The position numbers and the translations under genes are program-made. The notes below the pieces were generated by a model. It did not search any database, had not been told where the DNA came from, and was given only the letters and a program-made list of their open reading frames with translations. This document shows positions 21,564-30,977 of a stretch of 64,000 nucleotides of DNA, piece by piece (the stretch's first letter is position 1; each line of letters opens with the position of its first letter). Origin of the DNA: Candidatus Bathyarchaeota archaeon (GTDB lineage Archaea > Thermoproteota > Bathyarchaeia > Bathyarchaeales > Bathycorpusculaceae); NCBI GenBank assembly GCA_963775685.1, contig CAVZJV010000014.1, positions 352,001-416,000 of the forward strand, read 5' to 3'.

Positions 21564-22571
21564 ATGATAATAACACAAGAAACAGTAAACATTCAAGAAA
21601 AAGAACTTACTTTCAAACAAACGAACCCAGAAAACTGGGCAAATTATGGAGATTATCAACTTGCAGGGCACGGAATACAGACAAGCCCTAAATGCGGAAC
21701 GTTCAACAAATACATGGGGTGCCTAAACTATAAGGCACATAATCAAACTCGTTTCTTTAATGAGAGTTTAGCGAAGGATTCTGTTTTTGTTAAGCCGATT
21801 TATCACTCATGTGATAAACCCTGTTGCCCCGTATGCTTCAAATAAGGCTGGGCTGTTCGCGAAGCCTATCGCATGGAAGAACGCCTAAAAATAGCTTCTA
21901 ACCGCTTTGGGCTTCCAGTAGAACACATAGTGGCTAGCATCAGAACCGAAGATTACGGTTTAAGCCTCGATTCGCTTCGCAAAAAAGCAGTCCGACTCAT
22001 GGCTAATCGAGGAATAATCGGTGGCTCCATAATCTTTCACGGCTTCCGCTATGCGAACCGAAAAGAAGCAAAAATAAAAAGCGTTCCCTTTGGCTGGCGG
22101 TGGAATCCACACTTTCACATACTCGGTTTTGTTGGTGGCGAAGGTTATGGTCTTTGCCGAAAATGCAAAGGTGGTGACTGTTATGCCTGCAAAGGCGTTG
22201 AAGGAGTCACAAGACGTGAAAACAAGAAAGACGGTTGGGTTGTCAAGGTCTTAGATAAGCGAAAAACTGTTGGCGGAACTTGTTGGTATCAGTTAAATCA
22301 CTGCTCGATTCGCAGAGGTTCTAAAAAATCTCATGCTACAACTTGGTTTGGCGCTTGTTCCTATCGAAAGCTGGAGATAATTAACGGTGATGACGTTGGA
22401 ATTAAACATAAGTGTTCTATCTGCAATTCCGAGTTAGTTCATGTCCGATACTTAGGCGGTTCAAAACTATTGCTTACTCGAAAAGGCGAAGTTTTAAGCA
22501 TGTTTGCTGATGATGGGACACCCCTTTGGGAAGTTGTGCATGAAGGAACTTGTCATGGGGGCTGTGGATAG
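21564..22571 (+). pseudogene. HUH rolling-circle replication initiator (IS91-like), one in-frame TAA at 21843
   Basis: The two ORFs are in the same frame (335 codons). Zn motif CG...C...HSCDKPCCPVC, motif 1 EHIVAS, HUH WNPHFHILG, Tyr motif WYQLNH, C-terminal CxxC. Confidence 0.8.
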
Positions 22572-22573
22572 CT

Positions 22574-22885
22574 ATGATTCGTCAACAAAGAAGAAGAATT
22601 GAGCGACAATGGAGCAAAATCAAGGTAGGCGATATCTGCACCAACTTTATTGAGCGTAATAGTTTGTTTTCTCTTCCTCATGTTGTCGCTTTCCAAGCGG
22701 TCAAAGTCTCTGACGAATTGGTTTGCGTGTATAATGTTGGTCTCTTTGACTTCAAAAAAGATAGAGGTCATGGCGAATACGTTACCATATGCATGTTCTT
22801 AAATGGTTTTTTCAGAAGCATAGATTCCATACAGATTGCCTTCATCCCCGAAGGTGACTTGTGGGAGAATGAAGAAATCGATTAA
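22574..22885 (+). CDS. Hypothetical protein downstream of rep
   Basis: ATG 2 nt after the rep stop; 103 aa. Confidence 0.55.
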   Translation: MIRQQRRRIERQWSKIKVGDICTNFIERNSLFSLPHVVAFQAVKVSDELVCVYNVGLFDFKKDRGHGEYVTICMFLNGFFRSIDSIQIAFIPEGDLWENEEID

Positions 22886-23059
22886 TAGCTCAGCGCATCG
22901 TTTGGTTCTTGCGGAACATTCGGCAAGGGTGACGCGGAGCGACCCGCGAAGCGGGAGCGTAGAGAGCACGCAAGCGCAAGTGAGTGAGCGAATAATACGG
23001 TCAATCATCGAGAATTGTAAACCATGGCAAATGATGTAGTCTTCCGTCTATTTCCACTG

Positions 23060-24742
23060 CTAATTCTTTGGTGGTGTCATCTGCATTTGGATTCCAATCT
23101 TTAGAGACCAAGTCTTAAGTTCTGAATAAGTGATTAGTGGTGCTCCTTCAAAATTGTCTATGTTAACTAGGGTATTTGAAACCACTAATGGAAAAAGCAA
23201 TAATTTATCTGACAGATTGATTCCCAAAGCATCGCAATTGTTTTGAACATAAGAAGTAAATTTCTCAAAATTTTCGCTTATCCATTTTGCTCTATAATAC
23301 TGCTCAACAACAAAATTCTTAAATTTGTTTCCTTGTTTTGATAATGAAGATTTGAATTTTGACTCCTTGCATTCAATAATTAAAAGAGCATTCTCTTTCA
23401 AAGCAATTATGTCTAAATCTGTTCTGTTTTTTTCCTTACCCCATAATATATGAGCGATGTCTTTTGGAATCATAGGCTCAAAAATCTCAACGCTTTCGGG
23501 AAGAACCAGTAAACCCATTTCTTCTAATAGTTTTCTCGTTGCGTTTTCGAATTTCTTTCCTTTCAAATCATTTTCATAAATTGTATTGAAGCATTTATCG
23601 AGAGTAAATAAAGTTGAATATGTTAACCTTTCGAAAGTTGAAAAAATCGTATCATTAATAACGAGCATCCCATGAAAAACACTACTTCTATTTAAGTTGG
23701 ACAAAATATTGACGACTTTTTCTACTTCGATAATTTTGTGCTTCTTGCATATTGCACCTTTGCTCAATTCACTTAATTTCCATATTCCAAGTGTGTTGTC
23801 ATTCGGATAGCATTCAAAAATGAATTCATTAACGATGTCGAGAAATACTTTTAACTGAATTCCATGAATATCCTCAAATATTTTAGAAAAACCTGGTAGA
23901 CTACCATAAGCGAGGTATATTTCGTTGAATTCTAGTTTAAGATTGACAATATTTTTTTTGCCCTTTCCTTCCTGAATTGTTCTTATTGTTTCTTGAACTT
24001 GATTAGGCAGATTAGAGTTCCAAAAAGTCAGGTGAGTATAACTCTCGATTAATCTGTGAGATAATCCCCTTTTCTTATACGCTGTTTCAAAAGTGAAGCC
24101 TTCAGGATATTTAATGAAAGTTCCTTGTTCATTAAAATTAACTTCAGTTCCTATTGGAGCCAAATAAATCATTGTTTCCAAAAGACCTTTTTTATACATT
24201 AACTGTCTTAGCGCAAGGATTTTATCAAGGGTCAGAACGATTTTTTTATCGATATTACTGTCCAATATAATGAACATTGCGCCTGGATAACGACCCAAGA
24301 ACAGTCTTTCTTGAATTCGGATGATGTACTTATTGCCAATACTCTTCTCTTTCTTCAATTTGTCAACGAAATCAATAATGTCATTTTTATAATCTTGTTC
24401 GATTGACACTCCAATCGAAATTCCATTTTTTGTGTTCTTAGTTGTGTAATCAAGAAATCCCTTTTCTAATATGTTTTCGAACATGGTTTCTAAGAACTGA
24501 AACCATTCCATTAAGAAGCTAACTATACCCAGATTTCTTGGTTCGATATTGTTCTCTTTTTCCATTTTGGTTCTTTGATAGTCTATGTTAAGGGCACCGA
24601 TGGCATCCTCTAAACACAACATTGTAGGAATCGTTCTTAAGATATTGAACTTTGAATAGCTTTTCTCTATGTTTTCGTTGATTTGTATAAGTTCCTTTTT
24701 TGCTTGGGCTTTGTCGTTTGTTTCAAACATAAGTAACCTCAT
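23060..24742 (-). CDS. Cargo protein with C-terminal PD-(D/E)XK / NERD-like nuclease domain
   Basis: KGKKFE...TDLDIIALKENALLIIECKES...EQ motif; AT-rich; intact 560 aa. Confidence 0.7.
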   Translation of the reverse strand: MRLLMFETNDKAQAKKELIQINENIEKSYSKFNILRTIPTMLCLEDAIGALNIDYQRTKMEKENNIEPRNLGIVSFLMEWFQFLETMFENILEKGFLDYTTKNTKNGISIGVSIEQDYKNDIIDFVDKLKKEKSIGNKYIIRIQERLFLGRYPGAMFIILDSNIDKKIVLTLDKILALRQLMYKKGLLETMIYLAPIGTEVNFNEQGTFIKYPEGFTFETAYKKRGLSHRLIESYTHLTFWNSNLPNQVQETIRTIQEGKGKKNIVNLKLEFNEIYLAYGSLPGFSKIFEDIHGIQLKVFLDIVNEFIFECYPNDNTLGIWKLSELSKGAICKKHKIIEVEKVVNILSNLNRSSVFHGMLVINDTIFSTFERLTYSTLFTLDKCFNTIYENDLKGKKFENATRKLLEEMGLLVLPESVEIFEPMIPKDIAHILWGKEKNRTDLDIIALKENALLIIECKESKFKSSLSKQGNKFKNFVVEQYYRAKWISENFEKFTSYVQNNCDALGINLSDKLLLFPLVVSNTLVNIDNFEGAPLITYSELKTWSLKIGIQMQMTPPKN

Positions 24743-24835
24743 CGTTGGTTCAGATTATTGATATTAAATTATGTCTTACTAAGATTTAAGATAAAATGGA
24801 ATCGTTTTAGCAGATTATTAATTACATAGAAAGTA

Positions 24836-25783
24836 TTATGCTGCTTTCTTGAAGTATGTTATTCCATCTACTTGGCAGACTAATTCACAATCTTCTTTGA
24901 TAGCTTGCTCAATCTCTGTTTGGTTGTGGCATATTACGGGTATCCAAGTTATGTTTTTGTCGTCAAATAGGCTGATGTATTTCTCGGTGCTTCGGCTGTC
25001 TTTGTGTCCTAAAATTTGTTTTACCCAAAGGAAGTTGTGTCTGGATAATTTGTATTCTTTGCTGGCTTTGAAGCGTCTAAAATCGTATAGCTGAATTTGC
25101 TTCAGTTCTGGCATATTGTAATCTTGGGCTATTCTGTTTCGAGTGTGTCGATAATCATTTGATAGATTATCGCTTGAGCTATTGTATAAGTGGCTGTTTG
25201 CGCTGAAGTTTTTCTTTTGGATGAAGATTTTTAGAAGTTCTAAGCTTTTTACTCGAAGTTTTCCTTCTCTTCCGATTGTGTGTTTAGCTCCTGTGATTGA
25301 TACTAATCCTGTGGTTAGGTCAATGTCTTTGATTGTTAGCCATGTTAATTCTATTGGTCTTTGTCCTAAGTCTTTGCTTATGGATAGTTTAGTTGCCATT
25401 TCCATTCTGCAATGGTTGATTAAAAAATCTAGATGCTCTTCTTTTGGTGCTTTTCGTTTCTTATCATATCTTTGGTAAAAAGGTTGATTCCATGTTCAGC
25501 TTAACGATTTAATTATTATTGCGTATGCTTCGATTAGGTTCTCTTTGTGTCCGTTTGAGCATGTTTTTCTTGCTATGTATAATTTTACTTCTTCAGGGTT
25601 TGCTGTGTTGCAATTCCGTTCTAAATGCCTAAGGAGCTTGGCTGTTTTCTTAATTGTTGATTGCTCATAAGCGTTTTTCATCATCCAAAGCATAACGTTT
25701 GGAATATTTATTTTTCCTATGTCTTGGGGCTGTTCGTTTATATTTTGGGTTTGTGTTTGTTGTTTCTTCATTTTTTTCCTCAT
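24836..25783 (-). pseudogene. Tyrosine recombinase/integrase, one in-frame TGA at 25496-25498
   Basis: Read-through KSLS*TWNQPFYQRY...; catalytic set LGQRPIEL (R), GAKH (K), LYDFRR (YxxR), LGHK (H), TEKYI (Y). Confidence 0.88.
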
Positions 25784-25823
25784 CTCCACGAAAGCCCTTA
25801 AGAGACTGGGACGGTGCATTATC

Positions 25824-25892
25824 AGCGGGGGATGATGTCGCCGTCCCAGTCTGATAGGGAAGATGAAGAACGAAATATTGACAGACCCCACT
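25824..25892 (+). ncRNA. Box C/D 2'-O-methylation guide sRNA; D' guide predicted for 23S rRNA G2251 (E. coli numbering)
   Basis: Box C ATGATGT 25832-38, guide CGCCGTCCCAGT, D' CTGA 25851-54, C' ATGAAGA 25863-69, second guide, D CAGA 25882-85, terminal stem GGGG/CCCC. Confidence 0.8.
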
Positions 25893-26000
25893 TTCATTTG
25901 CCATCAATTTTTTTGCGGCTGGGTGTTCCGCTAAGAGAACAAGGTGTTCTTTAGGGAGAGTAATATCTCAGAGCTGTCAATATCCTCATAGGTGACTTGA

Positions 26001-27900
26001 ATGAGCTTTCGCAGAAAAAGGGTGGGAACATTGAAGAAAAGAGAAATCCTTAAAGCACTTATACTCACAGTAATTTTGATTTCGGCTGTTTGGATGTGTA
26101 ACCTTCAGACAAGCCAGGCTTCTAAGACTATAGTTGTTCCACAAGATTATCCAACAATAGGTCAAGCAATCATACACGCCTCATCAAGCGACGTTGTATC
26201 GGTGAAGCCGGGGGTTTACTATGAAAACCTTCAAATTAACAAGTCCTTAACGCTTATGGGTGAAGACAGTGAAAACACCCTTATTATCGGCGAAGGTGGC
26301 TCCGATGAACCTGCTGTCCTTACGTTGGCAGCGGCAAACATCAGAGTTTCAGGATTCACCATCCAAAGCGTCAATAGCACAAATCCCTCTCAAAACGCCA
26401 TAGGCATAAACCTCCAGGGCGATGGCTGCACAATCCACGACAACATCATAAAGAGCAACTATTTCGGAATCTTTTGCGCCGTCCAATCATCTACAACCAT
26501 AACCAATAACATAATCACCCTGAGCATTAAAGACGGGATACGATTCTATGCTGGCTCCCAGAACAAAATCTCCGACAACAGCATCATCTCAAATGCGGTT
26601 TCAGGTGTTGCTTTAGGCGGCTACTCAAACACGGTTGAGGGAAACAACTTTCAGGGCAATACCCGCGGGTTAGGTTTGGGCGCATCCAACTCGGTCGTGT
26701 TCCATAATACGATGGTGTCTAATTCTGAGTCAGGTATTTTCCTCTCAGGATCAAAAAATGTAATCGCTTGGCAATGAGGTTGATTCCAACAAGTATGGAG
26801 TATACATTACGACTCAGGGAGCTTCTCCAAGCGCAAACGAAATTTATCAAAATAACTTGTTGAATAATTTCTATAACGCTTTTGGCAACTCTTCTTATCT
26901 TGTTGAGAGTTGGGACAGCGGGTCTAAGTCAGGCGGAAACTATTGGAGCGACTACCAAACAAAGTACCCCGCCGCAGTTGAAGATGGGAATTCAGGAATA
27001 GAAAATACCGCCTACATCATTAACTCAAACAACATGGACAAATATCCATTAACTGCGCCCTTCAACATCGCCAATTTTGACAAGGCGCCAATCGCAATCC
27101 CTCCAAGTCGGGCAAAGCCCAACAGCGTTGTTGCTTTATGGTCATTTGATAATGTTGACCTTGATCTTGTGGCTCCAGATTTAATAGGCAATAACCCAGC
27201 AGTTTTAGGGTCAGTTACAGGTGTTTACAACTACACTCCAGCGCGGGTTCAAGGCAAGTTTGGCGAAGCCTTAAGCTTCAACGGGAACACCTATGCTGCA
27301 GTGCAGCCTTCGCCCAGCCTCGAAACCCCAAACGACATAACCGTTGATGTTTGGGTAAATGTGCCCGAAATCAAAGCTGACGTGCCATACAACAACATTC
27401 TCATCGAAGCCGTTAGGTCTACCGCTGCTCTTCCAACGCGAACTCTTGGAGTAGCAATTAACGGAGAAACACCCAGTAATGAGAGTTCGCCACCAATAGG
27501 TGTCCTCCGCGCTTACGTAATGACGTCAAACGAGTTCAACGAAATAGACAGCAAAGAGCCCCTTCCATTTAACACGTGGGTTCACGTGGTTTTCGTCCGA
27601 AGCACAACAACTGGAATGCACCTCTATGTTAACGGAAAAGAACAAGCCGTAACAGTTGCCGCTGGAACATCCAACCCCACAGGCCCCATACAGAAACCAA
27701 CCGACATCTACATCGGACACGACTCAATAATCGAAATCGATCAACTCCAAATCAGCAACACTGCTCAGCAACCGTCTCAGCCGCTTTGGATGCAATGGTG
27801 GCTTTGGGCCGCGATAATATTTACCAGTTTGGCAGGAACAGGGTTGATGCTTTATTTCAAGAAACCGAAAAAATGGCAAGAACGAGTGCCCCAAGCATAG
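26001..27900 (+). CDS. NosD-like beta-helix + LamG domain surface protein (frameshift near 26770)
   Basis: VVPQDYPTIGQAI, beta-helix repeats, GGNYWSDY, LamG (WSFD, GKFGEALSFNG, WVHV), C-terminal TM. Confidence 0.8.
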
Positions 27901-28103
27901 AAAAACCTTTACTTTTTTACCCCACATTTTTTGTTTTATATATTTGGAGCGGCGCCAGCTCTGAAAGGTCGATAGGTTCCAAATTTAGAGTTTCCCAAAT
28001 GCAAAATCATTTTTAACACCAAAGAACCAAGCGAAAAGTGTCTTATTATATTTATTACTCCTCAATATAACATAACATAGCATTCACTGGTTGCATCATA
28101 GGC

Positions 28104-28361
28104 ATGGGAAAAAACCGGAAAAGCGCTGTTCAAATACGATTCGAAATCTTGGAGTATCTATTTTTCAACTCAAAAAACCAGCTGAGAACAATAATTTGGC
28201 GCAAATCCACAAACGTTTCTTACGATGACTTTCTTAAGCATCTGGCTTTTCTGAAGGAAAAACAATTAGTGAAAGAAACCCCTGAAGGATACTCCATGCT
28301 TACTGAGCAAGGAAGAGCGCTATACATTGAACTTCGCAAGTCCCTCCCCTCCATCCTGTAA
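28104..28361 (+). CDS. Winged-helix transcriptional regulator
   Basis: RKSAVQI..EIL...NVSY...HLAFL...LTEQG; 85 aa. Confidence 0.75.
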   Translation: MGKNRKSAVQIRFEILEYLFFNSKNQLRTIIWRKSTNVSYDDFLKHLAFLKEKQLVKETPEGYSMLTEQGRALYIELRKSLPSIL

Positions 28362-28371
28362 GCTGCCAAAC

Positions 28372-28386
28372 TTCATCTATGGTGCA
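28372..28386. promoter_or_regulatory. Candidate operator TTCATCTATGGTGCA (copy 1)
   Basis: Exact 15-bp repeat of 28794-28808; intergenic, pseudo-palindromic. Confidence 0.6.
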
Positions 28387-28429
28387 TCAAGTATAAAACC
28401 AAAAAACACTCAAATAATGAGGAAGAACA

Positions 28430-28792
28430 ATGACTCAAGAACCCGATGAAAACAAACAGTACCCAGTAAAATCCCTTCATGACTTTCTATTCGAACTCGA
28501 CCGAGAATGGACAAAATTCCGAAACGGCACCCTAATCGGCCTTGTATCTTCGGGTATCCTGTTTCTGCTAGTTGTTTGGCTTATTCTACGCGTCAGACAT
28601 TTGGGTTTGGGTTTACTGGATTTTGTTTTACTGATTTTCGCAGGTGCCTTTTTAGGTTACAGCATCTACGCGATGTACTCACAGTATCGATTCTTTAACA
28701 GGTGGGAACGGCGAGTAGGCTTACTTTTACACATGGAAGAACGAATTTTAACTGAAAAACTAGACGAAACCAAAGCTCCCAAAGTTACTTAG
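28430..28792 (+). CDS. Two-TM membrane protein
   Basis: 120 aa, GAGG RBS. Confidence 0.7.
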   Translation: MTQEPDENKQYPVKSLHDFLFELDREWTKFRNGTLIGLVSSGILFLLVVWLILRVRHLGLGLLDFVLLIFAGAFLGYSIYAMYSQYRFFNRWERRVGLLLHMEERILTEKLDETKAPKVT

Positions 28793-28793
28793 G

Positions 28794-28808
28794 TTCATCT
28801 ATGGTGCA
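28794..28808. promoter_or_regulatory. Candidate operator TTCATCTATGGTGCA (copy 2)
   Basis: Exact repeat of 28372-28386, upstream of the next gene. Confidence 0.6.
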
Positions 28809-28883
28809 CATCAAAAGTGCGGCTTTCTTTTTAAAGAGCACACCAAAGAAATCATAGATGAAGAAAAACTGAGGTGATATATA

Positions 28884-29388
28884 ATGAATAAACTACACAG
28901 TAAAACCAAAATCCTCATCATATCACTCGTTGCAACGGCATTAATCTTGGCAATAGCGGTTCCTTATGTAAGTGCTCAAACTCTCCGCTAACCCGATCGA
29001 CAACACAAAAACCCTAACCGCCAAAGGATACGCATATCAAACCATAGATAGCCAGACCATCAAAAAATATCCTGCAAGCTTTTCCCTCACGCTAGCACCA
29101 ACAGGCACTGACAGATCGGTTAAGCTATTCGATGTTACGGGCGGAACAGTAATGGTAAACGGCGTCTCATACATCGTTACAAACGGAAAAGGCGGCGTAT
29201 TGATCGAAAAACATTCGGTTCTGTTGCAGGCCCAGGGAACAAGCCCTGATGGGCAAACCCTGACATTCAAATTGGCTGGTCGATACTTCTGGGTGGGCGC
29301 AAACAGCTATGTCGTTCGCATCAGTGCTAAACTGCAAACAGATGACGAAAATTACACTTTACTTATGCGTGCTACAATACGCCGATAA
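28884..29388 (+). CDS. Secreted beta-rich hypothetical protein (frameshift after the signal peptide)
   Basis: GAGGTGA RBS; MNKLHSKTKILIISLVATALILAIAVPYVSA signal, then shift into ORF 28972-29388. Confidence 0.65.
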
Positions 29389-29718
29389 TTCATTTATCTA
29401 AAAAGCCTCATTTTCTATTCTTTTTTGGTTCTTTAAAATTGTGAAAATAAAAGTGATCTTTAAGAAAAATGTTTCTCAGGCAACTATTTTTTGCCTTTGC
29501 CCTGGTGTTTAGCTGGAAGTGAAACCTGTTTTCTCTCTTTTCGTTTCTGCTCTTTTTCACGAATCATTTGCTTGTGCTTTTCTAATCCTTCAGTTTTCTT
29601 TGCTTTCTTAGACAATATCTTCAACCTTAGCCAGCAATAGAAAACATTGATACTCAAAAACATTTTCCTTCGATACATGGTTGTCGTAATATTTAATAGC
29701 AAAATTGTTCAAGCTAAA

Positions 29719-29889
29719 GTGAGGATATGGAAAACGCCTAAAGTTGAAATCGTTTGCCCGAAATGTAGTTCATCAGCGGTTGAGCGGCGCAATAATCAGG
29801 AGTGCCATTGCACTAAATGTGGGTCAATTTTTTATTTTGTTACTCCGCAATGTGGTTCTCAAACTGACTTGGAAAGATACAACCTGTAA
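29719..29889 (+). CDS. Small zinc-ribbon protein
   Basis: CPKC...CTKC motif; start uncertain. Confidence 0.5.
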   Translation: MRIWKTPKVEIVCPKCSSSAVERRNNQECHCTKCGSIFYFVTPQCGSQTDLERYNL

Positions 29890-29950
29890 GGCAGTGAGCT
29901 TTTTTAAGTGAGGTTTAGCTGGATTTTTGTTTTTTGACCATTAACTTTAT

Positions 29951-29983
29951 ATGAACAAAGTATTCATATGAATTATAATTCAT
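29951..29983. promoter_or_regulatory. Tandem ArsR/SmtB-type operator
   Basis: Two adjacent inverted repeats, ATGAA-n7-TTCAT and ATGAA-n6-TTCAT, just upstream of an ArsR gene; resembles SmtB/CzrA boxes. Confidence 0.65.
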
Positions 29984-30008
29984 GCTATCGAAAGGGTGGA
30001 TAACACAA

Positions 30009-30336
30009 ATGAAAAAAGGGCTAACAAAAATCTGCTACCGCTTCTTCATCAAACCTAGCAAACCCCACTAGACTCGCCGCCATCGAACAACTAATGAACA
30101 AATCTATGAGCGTAAACGATCTCGCCACAGCGCTGGGTCAAGAACAAAGCATGATATCCCACAACCTCAAACCCCTCCTCGATTGCAACCTCATATCCAT
30201 CAAAAAACAAGGCAAAAAACACATCTACACCGCTAACCAAGAAACACTCAACCCAATCTTTGAAGCCATCCAAACCCACGCACAAAAATTCTGCCCCACA
30301 GGCGGAAAATGCACTAAAAGGAGAAGATTAACATGA
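30009..30336 (+). CDS. ArsR/SmtB family regulator (frameshifted 5' part)
   Basis: CYRFF..LANPTRLAAI..SVNDLA...QSMISHNLK.L...GK..IY. Confidence 0.8.
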
Positions 30337-30977
30337 AAAGAAAAATCGTAAACATAAACGAAGACCTATGTAACGGATGCGGAAACTGCATCCCCAAATG
30401 CGCAGAAGGCGCCCTCCAAATCATAAACGGAAAAGCAAAAATTATTAAGGAAACCTACTGCGATGGCCTAGGCGCTTGCTTAGGGCAGTGTCCTCAAGGG
30501 GCGATTACGCTAACTGAACGTGAAGCCCCTGCTTTCAGCGAGGCCGAAGTGCATGAGCATCTCAAAACCAAAACAGCCACGCCAGCATCAACTACTCAAA
30601 TCAACCACACACCCCAAAAGCCGCAGTGGCCAGTAAAACTAAACCTTGTCCCCGTGAAAGCACCGTTCTTCGAAAACGCCGAACTACTTTTCGCTGCTGA
30701 CTGCGCCCCTGTTGCGCTCAAAAACTTCCATGACCTACTGAAAGGTAAACGCGTAATCATCGGTTGCCCCAAATTCGACGATGCAAGAGCTTACGCTCAA
30801 AAACTAACCGAAATCTTCCAGCAAAACAACATCGCCTCAATATCCGTTGTCCACATGGAAGTTCCCTGTTGCACAGGATTAAAGTGGGCGGTAAACAAAG
30901 CGCTCGAAGACTCGGGAAAACAAATACCAGTTAAAGAATGCGAGGTCAAAATCGGAGGTGAAGTAGTTGAGCTCTAA
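30333..30977 (+). CDS. 4Fe-4S dicluster protein with C-terminal Cys domain
   Basis: CNGCGNCIPKCAEGA, CDGLGACLGQCP, QWPVKL, AADC, GCPKFD, MEVPCC. Confidence 0.88.
   Translation: MKRKIVNINEDLCNGCGNCIPKCAEGALQIINGKAKIIKETYCDGLGACLGQCPQGAITLTEREAPAFSEAEVHEHLKTKTATPASTTQINHTPQKPQWPVKLNLVPVKAPFFENAELLFAADCAPVALKNFHDLLKGKRVIIGCPKFDDARAYAQKLTEIFQQNNIASISVVHMEVPCCTGLKWAVNKALEDSGKQIPVKECEVKIGGEVVEL

Larger units (their letters stand above)
19821..25852. mobile_element. Integrated rolling-circle plasmid-like element (Rep + tyrosine integrase + cargo), probably inactive
   Basis: HUH Rep, integrase and wHTH regulator clustered between imperfect direct repeats at 19821-19870 and 25803-25859. Confidence 0.75.

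Noticed and set aside
25496-25498. TGA in the integrase as selenocysteine
   Set aside because: Non-catalytic linker position, no SECIS-like element seen, and rep is also interrupted (by TAA).
25785-25890. Hammerhead ribozyme (CTGA...GAAA)
   Set aside because: Core and three-way stems do not form; the C/D box layout explains the sequence better.
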